In this document: piece by piece, positions 57,153-64,000 of the stretch | How the letters are laid out: each line of letters begins with the position of its first letter | Numbering within the stretch: position 1 is the first letter of the stretch | Assembly (NCBI GenBank): GCA_044222185.1 | Contig: JBGANV010000003.1 | Coordinates: 32,001-96,000, forward strand | Origin: Planctomycetota bacterium | Lineage (GTDB): Bacteria; Planctomycetota; GCA-002687715; CAIWVZ01 | Reading direction: 5' to 3' | Length of the DNA: 64,000 bases | Notes under the pieces: generated by a model | The model's input: only the letters and a program-made list of their open reading frames with translations | What the model was told of the DNA's origin: nothing | The model's database searches: none | Program-made: the position numbers and the translations under genes

Positions 57153-58831
57153 GGGGCCTCCCAGCTCAACGCGTACGAGCGATGGCGGAAGCGATATCGC
57201 AACATGCGTTCATCGGGTGGTGAAGGAGGTTTCGAGGTGAGCGCTCCGCAGGACCAACCGTCCACCGGCTCCGCCTTCGTGAGTCCGTCCTTGCCGACGA
57301 GGCCTTTCATGAAGGCGTCGAGTTGCTGATCCAGTTCAGCCGCCGGCGCATTTTCCACCCGCGCCAGCACCACGCGGCCCGTGTGCGGCTCGGGCACCCG
57401 TCCCTCCACGTCCCCCACTTCGAGAGACACCAGGAGCGGTGCCGTCGCTTCCTCACGCTTCTGTCCCAGCGGTTGCCGCAGTTCCGTGAGGAGCGCGTCG
57501 AGCCACGGCAGATGCCCCTCGCGATGCTTGACGCGCGCCAGCCACTTGGCGGTGACGCCCGTCAGCGGGTCGACCGCCAGATCCTCCTCGCACGCGCGAC
57601 GGTTCTTCTTGAAGAGCTGGTCCTTCAGCGTCTTGATTTCCGTGGTCGCCGTTCCGATCTCCGTCCGCAGCCCGCGGTGCTGCTGGTGTGCGATGCCGAT
57701 CATGGCGACGACGGCCGCCGCCGCCACGAGGTAGCCGAACTTCCGAGGCTTGAACGATCGCGGGATCGTCTCCGGGTAGAGGCGGATGGCGACGTCGGCC
57801 TTCCCAAGCCCCTGGAGCGCGAGCCCCGCGGCGCGGGCGAGCCCTGCGAAGTTCTCCTGGATCCCGGCGGAGACGATGTCCGGGTCGACCTCGATCTGGT
57901 GAAAGCCCTTGGGCTTCGTGAACGGGAATCCGAAGGCCGCCTTCAGCGCGTCGCCGAGCGGCGGCGTCGCAGCGTGGGCCTCGAACAGGACGCCCTGCGT
58001 GAGCTTCGCGCCCGGATGCATGCGCGAGTAGCTGGCGATGACCTGCTTCACCTCGGAGAGGATCGCTTCCGTGACCTCGGCGCGGACCTCCGACAGCGCG
58101 AGCACGTGCTGCGGCCTCGGACGCGCCTGACCGGTTGCGAGACGGACCGCCGTCAGGTGATCGACGCGGAGCTTCGCCCGCAACCGCGAGACGAAATCGA
58201 AAGCCCCCATGGGGATGCAACGGAACCACGTCTGGTCCTCGTGCGTGATCAGCACCTGGCTTCCGCCGTAGTCCACGTCGACGACCACGGTTCCGGGGTC
58301 GAGCAGCCGCTCGCGCGCGCAGAAGTTCTGCAGCGCGATCGGGCGCAGTTGCACTCCGTCGACCGGCATGCCGGCGAACTGGAGCTTGGCGATCCGGTCG
58401 TCGACCAGGAACTTCTTGACCGCGTAGACCGTGGCGACGAGGTCGCCGCCATCCCGGATCGAGATGACGCGGCGATCCCAGTAGACGTCGTCCTCGGGGT
58501 ACGGGATCTGCTGCTTCGCTTCGTACTCGAGGAGCTTGTCGAGATTCTGCTCGTTGACCTGCGGCACGGTGACGGTGCGTGCGAACGCGGCCTCGCCCCG
58601 CAGGGAGACGATGACGCGACACTCCCCCACGTCATGGTGACGCAGGAACGAGTGGACCGCGCGCCCGAATGCGTCGAAGCGGCCGAGGGCATGCACGTCT
58701 TCGACGTCGTCGGTGAAGTCGACGACCTCCCAGGCCTCGGCTCGAACGCCGCCGGAATCCGTGAGTGCCAGCTTCACTGCTCGCAGGCTCACGGCCGTCA
58801 GGTCGATTCCCCAAACCGGTAGTTCGCTCAT
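57149..58831 (-). CDS. pilM: Type IV pilus assembly PilM fused to a PilN-like domain
   Basis: VWGIDL...LRAVKL, EAKQQIPY, VDVDYG, AGLALQGLG (actin-like PilM); then IRLYP (compare PilN INLLP), a TM helix, coiled coil and W...L.EL. Confidence 0.85.
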   Translation of the reverse strand: MSELPVWGIDLTAVSLRAVKLALTDSGGVRAEAWEVVDFTDDVEDVHALGRFDAFGRAVHSFLRHHDVGECRVIVSLRGEAAFARTVTVPQVNEQNLDKLLEYEAKQQIPYPEDDVYWDRRVISIRDGGDLVATVYAVKKFLVDDRIAKLQFAGMPVDGVQLRPIALQNFCARERLLDPGTVVVDVDYGGSQVLITHEDQTWFRCIPMGAFDFVSRLRAKLRVDHLTAVRLATGQARPRPQHVLALSEVRAEVTEAILSEVKQVIASYSRMHPGAKLTQGVLFEAHAATPPLGDALKAAFGFPFTKPKGFHQIEVDPDIVSAGIQENFAGLARAAGLALQGLGKADVAIRLYPETIPRSFKPRKFGYLVAAAAVVAMIGIAHQQHRGLRTEIGTATTEIKTLKDQLFKKNRRACEEDLAVDPLTGVTAKWLARVKHREGHLPWLDALLTELRQPLGQKREEATAPLLVSLEVGDVEGRVPEPHTGRVVLARVENAPAAELDQQLDAFMKGLVGKDGLTKAEPVDGWSCGALTSKPPSPPDERMLRYRFRHRSYALSWEAP

Positions 58832-58886
58832 CCGCGCTTCGTGCCTCTGGTTCTAAATGGCCCCGTCCTTACAGGTTGCGGGCATG

Positions 58887-58916
58887 ATCGTATGCGTCGC
58901 TGCGGAAGCCCGTCAA
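58887..58916 (-). promoter_or_regulatory. Sigma70-type promoter of the pilM operon
   Basis: Minus strand TTGACG-N18-TACGAT. Confidence 0.55.
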
Positions 58917-59066
58917 GAGACGCCCCGCCATGAGTTTTGCGCGGTGGCGTGACGGTCCGCGGACTGCGTCGCGGCGTCGATCGCAGCCGCCCGAGCGAAA
59001 GCCGCTCGAACCCGCGAGGCGCCCCGGCCCGGCGTGCGCCGACGCACGATGAATCGGCTCCGCTCA

Positions 59067-59888
59067 TCACGCCGTCGGTGGCGTTCGCCCGAGCAGCGTG
59101 AGGACGAACTTCAGATCCTCCCAGGACTTCTTCTTCTCGCCGGGGCTTCGAAGCAGGTAGGCCGGGTGGTAGGTCACCACGACCTGGGACCCGAACGCCC
59201 GGTGGACCTTGCCGCGCAGGCGTCCCACCGTGTCCTCGGTCCGCAGGACGTTGTGCGCCGCATGCGACCCGAGCGCGCAGATGACGCGCGGCTTGATCAG
59301 CCGGATCTGCCGGTCGAGGAACGGCAGACACTGCGCGACCTCGTCCGGCTGCGGCTCCCGGTTGTTCGGGGGCCGGCACTTCAGGACGTTCCCGATGAAG
59401 ACCTCGTCTCGCGCGAATCCCATGGCCTGGATCATCTTCGTGAGCAGCTGTCCCGCGGCGCCGACGAACGCCAGTCCCTGCTCGTCCTCGTCCGCGCCGG
59501 GCGCTTCACCGACGAACATCAATTCGGCGTGCGGATTCCCCTGACCGGGCACGGACTTGATCCGTCGCGATCCCAGGGGGCACTTCAGGCAGACGGCCGC
59601 CTCGGCCTGGATCCGCTCCAGTGAGTCCTCCGGGTCTGGCGGCACGGTCGCGGGCTCGGAAATCGGCGTCGCGGGCACGCGCGGTCGCTGAGGAACCGCG
59701 GGCGCCGCGACCGCGGCCGCGGGCTGCGGCGAGGCGACGGGCGGTCGCTGTCGGGACGAACCGTAGCCGAGCACCCCGAAGACGTCCGCGTCGGCCGCAA
59801 GCGCCGCGATCGCCTCACGCAGCGGCGGGACGCGGCGCGGTTCGGTCGATGCGGTCGGGTCGCCGCTGTCGGATTCCTGGTCGCTCAT
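59067..59888 (-). CDS. Uracil-DNA glycosylase family 4 (4Fe-4S)
   Basis: [39 protein letters not shown]; start taken at ATG 59888. Confidence 0.95.
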   Translation of the reverse strand: MSDQESDSGDPTASTEPRRVPPLREAIAALAADADVFGVLGYGSSRQRPPVASPQPAAAVAAPAVPQRPRVPATPISEPATVPPDPEDSLERIQAEAAVCLKCPLGSRRIKSVPGQGNPHAELMFVGEAPGADEDEQGLAFVGAAGQLLTKMIQAMGFARDEVFIGNVLKCRPPNNREPQPDEVAQCLPFLDRQIRLIKPRVICALGSHAAHNVLRTEDTVGRLRGKVHRAFGSQVVVTYHPAYLLRSPGEKKKSWEDLKFVLTLLGRTPPTA

Positions 59889-59953
59889 CGGGGAGCGGAG
59901 CGTACCACGGTCGGGCTTGTCCCTCCCCCTGCGACTCTCCACACTGCGCGTCC

Positions 59954-60703
59954 ATGCTCGTGTCCCTGGTCATTCCCTGTCACGACGAACGGGACGCACT
60001 GCCGGCGCTGTTCGCCGAACTCCGTCGCTTCCCCGAGCTGATCCGCCCGCACATCCCCGAGATCGTGCTCATCGACGACGGCTCCACCGACGACACGGCC
60101 GAGCGGCTCTACGATTTCGCCGCGGCCTGCTTCTGGCCCTGCAAGGTTCTCGGCCTGAAACCCAACGGCGGGATCGGCAACGCGATCTGGGAGTCTTCGT
60201 GGATGGTTCAGGGTGACGTCGTCATCACCTATGACGCCGATCTTCCCTACCCGCTCGACGACTGCCGGCGCCTGCTCGATGCGATCGACGCCGGCGCCGA
60301 CGTGGCCACCGCCTCGCCCTATGCGAAGGGCGGCGGGACCTCGGATCTGCCGGCGGGGCGGCTCCTGCTTTCCCGCGGGGCGTCGCTGATCTACCGCCTG
60401 CGACTGTTCGGTCGGGGCCGGGACATCGACACGTTCACGTGCGGGTTCCGCGCCTGGAAACGCGAGGCATTCCTCGCGTGCCTTCCGTCGGAGGACCGAT
60501 TCGCGGCGACGGCGGAGATGCTTCTCTCGGCGTTGAAGCAGAAGCGCCGGGCGGTTCAGATCCCCTCGCAGCTTCGCGGCCGGGAACACGGGCATTCGAA
60601 GATGCAGGTGTGGCCAACGATGCGGCGCCACCTCCGGCTGATGACGCTCGGCCCACGCACGCGCCCGCCGCGACCGCGGACGATCCCCCACCGGGAACGC
60701 TGA
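59954..60703 (+). CDS. GT2 glycosyltransferase (DPM1/polyprenol-phosphate sugar synthase-like)
   Basis: SLVIPCHDE, IDDGSTD, YDAD (DxD), TCGFRA, GHSKM; true start ATG 59954. Confidence 0.9.
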   Translation: MLVSLVIPCHDERDALPALFAELRRFPELIRPHIPEIVLIDDGSTDDTAERLYDFAAACFWPCKVLGLKPNGGIGNAIWESSWMVQGDVVITYDADLPYPLDDCRRLLDAIDAGADVATASPYAKGGGTSDLPAGRLLLSRGASLIYRLRLFGRGRDIDTFTCGFRAWKREAFLACLPSEDRFAATAEMLLSALKQKRRAVQIPSQLRGREHGHSKMQVWPTMRRHLRLMTLGPRTRPPRPRTIPHRER

Positions 60704-60724
60704 CGTCCGCCTGCCGCGCCTTCG

Positions 60725-62617
60725 TTACGGGTCGAAGTCGATCGTGCCCGTGAACGACGGCGTGGAATTCGAGAGTCCGAACGGCAGCGCGACGCTGGGC
60801 GGGACCGCGGCCTGGAGGATGCGCAGCGAGAAGGGAGCGGTGTCCGTGTCCGGCACGGGCTCCACCGTGATGAAGACCGACGTGCCGGCAGTGGCGTCGA
60901 TCACCGGGACGGTCGTGCCGCTCGCGGCGACGATGAAGTCCTGACCAGGCACGGTGAAGCCCGTGTTCGTCGCGCCCCGTCCGGCCCACGTCATGGCGTC
61001 GTCGTCGACGGCATTCGGGTTGCGGAAACGGCCCGTGGACCACCGCTGTCCCGAGCCCGTATCGACGACCCAGCCCTCGTACGTCCATCCCGTGGCGAGC
61101 GCCGGGAGCACGAGGGAGTTCACGTCGGCGCCGAGCCTGCGGAACCAGATCCCCTGGTCGTCGTCGGGAAGCACGCCGTTGGCGTCGTTCGTTGGCGTCC
61201 GGAGGATGAACCGGCCGATGACGGTCGTGAGATCGGCGATCCCTCGCCCGCCGGCGGCCGTCAGCCCCGCCACGTTCAGCGTCGCCTGTCCCGCGGTGAT
61301 TCCGCCTGCGACGATCACCGACGCGGACGGCGCAGGGTCGGGATCGCCCTGCGGCTCGACGGAAACGAAGACCTCCGTCGCCGCTGCGAGGTTCGGAAAC
61401 CCGAGCCCCAGCCCCGACGTGGACGGATCGAGCTGAAACGACGATGCCGTGCCGATGATCGTGAGCCCGTCGATGGACGTGACCTGCTGCGTCGTTCCGT
61501 CGATCACGAACGTGCCGATCGACTGGGGCGTTCCCGCAACGACGCCAAACGCTTCGTAGTGGCCGTTTCGAGCCGCGCCGAGCGAGGGCAGCGACGCCGT
61601 GGATTGGAATGCGACAGACAGCGGATTCACGGTCGCCGCGAGCGACGGAAGCTGTGCCGTCTGGCTCGTCATGGTGATCTCGGCCGCAGTGACCTTCGCC
61701 GCCGTGACCGCCGTCGTCGGGATGGGTTCGGAGAGGATCGTCAGCGGGAACGCGCCCAGGTCGTCGTCCGCGTCCGGCTCCACCGTCACTTCGGCCCGGT
61801 ACGTTCCGGTCGCGAGGTGAAGGACAGTCGTCGCGCCGATCACGGTCGGCTGCGCGAAGTCCTGTCCCGGTGCCCGGAAGCCGATGGACGACAGTCCGCG
61901 CGTCAGGGTGGTCCGTGCGTCGTCATCCGGCGCTGCGGTGTCGCGGAACTTGCCCATGGACCACGACGACGTCCCGTCGGACAACCACGCCTCGTAGGTC
62001 CAGTTGCCCGGCAACGTGGGAAGCGAGAGCCCCGGCGTCGCACCCGTCGCGTTGGTCGTGAACCAGACACCGTTCTGCGGCTGCGCGGGTGCTCCCGTCG
62101 CCTGCGTGACGACTGCGAGGCCCGTGGACAACGTGAGATCCCCCAGACCGGGCCCGCCGGTGGCCTTGAGCCCCGTCTGCGTCAGATCCGCGTGATGTCC
62201 CACGATCGGCCCCGCGAGGACGACGTTCCCGGACGGAAGTCCGTCCTTGTCCATCTCGGGCTCGACCGTGATGAAGAACGCGTTCGCATCGACGATGAAC
62301 GGGAAGTCGGACCCGAGCTGCGTCACCGAAGGCCCGAACGTCGCTTCGACGACGGTGCCGTAGACGACGCTCCCATCGGGATTCGTCACGCTGGCCGGAT
62401 TGGTCGCCGGATCGATGCGGAACTTGCCCGTCGATCGGGGCTCGTTGCCCACGATCGCCCAGCCCTCGTACACGCCATGCTGGGGCGGAAGGACCGGCAA
62501 CCCCGTGAGCGACATCTTGAAGACGATGCGCCCCTTCAGGTCGCGACTCCCGCATCCCGCGACGAGCACCGTGAGCGCGGGCACGATCAACAACCACAGA
62601 ACGATGGATTTCCGCAT
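60725..62617 (-). CDS. Lipoprotein with tandemly duplicated YE(G/A)W...TVEP (RskA-C-like) modules
   Basis: Lipobox VAGC; four YE[GA][WF] and four [TS]VEP motifs, and two PGQDF motifs, arranged A-B-A-B. Confidence 0.75.
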   Translation of the reverse strand: MRKSIVLWLLIVPALTVLVAGCGSRDLKGRIVFKMSLTGLPVLPPQHGVYEGWAIVGNEPRSTGKFRIDPATNPASVTNPDGSVVYGTVVEATFGPSVTQLGSDFPFIVDANAFFITVEPEMDKDGLPSGNVVLAGPIVGHHADLTQTGLKATGGPGLGDLTLSTGLAVVTQATGAPAQPQNGVWFTTNATGATPGLSLPTLPGNWTYEAWLSDGTSSWSMGKFRDTAAPDDDARTTLTRGLSSIGFRAPGQDFAQPTVIGATTVLHLATGTYRAEVTVEPDADDDLGAFPLTILSEPIPTTAVTAAKVTAAEITMTSQTAQLPSLAATVNPLSVAFQSTASLPSLGAARNGHYEAFGVVAGTPQSIGTFVIDGTTQQVTSIDGLTIIGTASSFQLDPSTSGLGLGFPNLAAATEVFVSVEPQGDPDPAPSASVIVAGGITAGQATLNVAGLTAAGGRGIADLTTVIGRFILRTPTNDANGVLPDDDQGIWFRRLGADVNSLVLPALATGWTYEGWVVDTGSGQRWSTGRFRNPNAVDDDAMTWAGRGATNTGFTVPGQDFIVAASGTTVPVIDATAGTSVFITVEPVPDTDTAPFSLRILQAAVPPSVALPFGLSNSTPSFTGTIDFDP

Positions 62618-62751
62618 CGCCTTCTCACCAAAACGTGGCGCCGGTGCGCCTATGACGAATCGCGAACGAAGTGTCGCGAAACACGGCGCGCAACATAACA
62701 GCCAATCCGGCGGCGACGCAGCATGCGCGCCCGGCCGGCACCTGGCGCACC

Positions 62752-63855
62752 TCAGCGTGATGCCGCCGCGCCGCGAGGGTCGAGCGCGTCGCGGGCGGCG
62801 CTGGCGATGACCTGCGCGCTCGCGATCAGCGCGAGCAGGATCACCCCGGGCACGACGACGAGATGCACCGCGTCCGGGCCGTTCCGCCGCCCGTCAGCGA
62901 GGAGCCCGCCGAGCGATGCGGCCGGCTCGGGAACGCCCATGCCGAGAAACGAGAGGCTCGACTCCGCCAGGATCGTCGCGCCGATCCCGAAGCCCGCGGC
63001 GACGACGACGGGCGCGAAGGCGTGCGGCAGGATGTGCCTGACGAGGATCCCGATCCGCCCCTCGCCCATGGCTTGGGCCGCGGTCACGAACGCTGCACTG
63101 CGCAGGTCCATGACTTCCTGACGCACGAGCCGCGCGATGAATCCGGCCCGCCACAGTGCGAGCAGAAGCACCATGCCGGAGAGGCCGGTGATCCCTGCGG
63201 CCTGGACGACGACGATCATGACCACGGCGGGGACGCTCGAGATCGCGTCGATCGTCCACGTGGCGACACCGTCGAGGACTCGGCCGCCCAACGCCGCAAG
63301 CCCGCCCACGATGAGGCCAAGAAGGCTGGCGAGAACCGTGGTGCCGACGGCGATGAGCAGACTGATGCGAAGTCCGAACAAGAGTCGCGCGGCGACGTCG
63401 CGTCCCAGGTCGTCGGTCCCGAGTGGGTGGTCGCCCCCGCCGATCGGAGAAAGACGTGCGTCCAGGTTGGTGGATGTCTCACCGGAGCGGATCACCGTCC
63501 GGACGACGGCGACGTCGGGACGCGTCAGTTCGACCGCCGTGCGAACGGCGACGGCCGCGGGCGGCTCGGCGACCAAGGCCCAGGTCGTCGTGGCGACCGC
63601 GACGGTCAGCAGAGCGACGACGCGCGCCCGGCCTCGCACCGCGGCGACCGCGACGACGACGAGACAGCCGGCGATCCACGCGATGTCCGTCCCGGTCGCA
63701 CCGGCGAACGCCGGGAACGACGTCCCGGCAGCCCCGCGCACGCAGAGCGGCAGCTCGTTCGCCACGAATGGGGCCAGTGCCGCCAGCGCGAGACATGCGG
63801 CGAAGACGACGCGCGCCGCGCCTCGCCGAAAGCTCTGCCCCCTCGAGGCGCTCAC
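62752..63855 (-). CDS. Peptide/nickel ABC transporter permease (DppC/OppC)
   Basis: HPLGTDDLGRD, EAA-like FVTAAQAMG, RHILP, ESSLSFLG; GTG start at 63855. Confidence 0.92.
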   Translation of the reverse strand: MSASRGQSFRRGAARVVFAACLALAALAPFVANELPLCVRGAAGTSFPAFAGATGTDIAWIAGCLVVVAVAAVRGRARVVALLTVAVATTTWALVAEPPAAVAVRTAVELTRPDVAVVRTVIRSGETSTNLDARLSPIGGGDHPLGTDDLGRDVAARLLFGLRISLLIAVGTTVLASLLGLIVGGLAALGGRVLDGVATWTIDAISSVPAVVMIVVVQAAGITGLSGMVLLLALWRAGFIARLVRQEVMDLRSAAFVTAAQAMGEGRIGILVRHILPHAFAPVVVAAGFGIGATILAESSLSFLGMGVPEPAASLGGLLADGRRNGPDAVHLVVVPGVILLALIASAQVIASAARDALDPRGAAASR

Positions 63856-64000
63856 GACGCCACTCCGCGCGATCCGCGCCCGCCGCTGATCACGTCCCCG
63901 ACGATCCGGCTGGCGATCGTGACGAGCGCGGCGAGCACGAGGACCGCCATGGCGACGGGCAGATCGCGCTGCGAAGCCGCCCTCCACGCCAGGTCGCCCA
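63852..64000 (-). CDS. 3' fragment of ABC permease (DppB/OppB), truncated by window end
   Basis: Reads GDLAWRAASQRDLPVAMAVLVLAALVTIASRIVGDV..., the RD.P motif of DppB; GTGA overlap with dppC. Confidence 0.8.
   Translation of the reverse strand, partial: GDLAWRAASQRDLPVAMAVLVLAALVTIASRIVGDVISGGRGSRGVAS

Noticed and set aside
1-64000. tRNA (including selC), rRNA, CRISPR arrays, transposases, integrases, prophage or defence systems
   Set aside because: None seen by eye; the GGTTCGA words I checked lie inside CDS. A tRNAscan/Infernal run would be needed to exclude small RNAs.

Overview
High-GC bacterial DNA, most consistent with a Planctomycetota (PVC) genome. This is inferred from Hanks kinase-TPR proteins, an OmcB-like cysteine-rich protein, a PilM-PilN fusion with TPR-bearing secretins, and sulfatase-like TPR proteins. 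About 39 CDS are supportable; I saw no rRNA, tRNA, CRISPR array or mobile element. In order: PA2169-like fragment; sigma54 NtrC-type regulator; two Ser/Thr kinases around a lipoprotein; SAM methyltransferase; DUF1611/dipeptide epimerase/Tat D-aminoacylase operon; an exported TlpA-like thioredoxin split by an in-frame TGA (UxxC plus a SECIS-like hairpin, a probable selenoprotein); di-heme cytochrome c peroxidase; TetR-TolC-MFP-RND efflux operon; DUF1569; rsmE; YihY; giant AsmA-like protein; OmcB-like DUF11 lipoprotein; LEA_2 and small lipoproteins; two secreted proteins; HAD-AsnB-TMTC-like operon; a pilMN/pilO-like/FN3/secretin/TPR/sulfatase-like/secretin cluster; UDG; GT2; a tandem-repeat lipoprotein; DppC/DppB. 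The main leads are the selenoprotein, the twin liposecretin apparatus with no local pilin or ATPase, a shared ~120-140 aa C-terminal domain on three unrelated exported proteins (candidate sorting signal), and a lysyl-oxidase-like motif pattern in one of them. All family calls come from motif recognition by eye; no searches were run.
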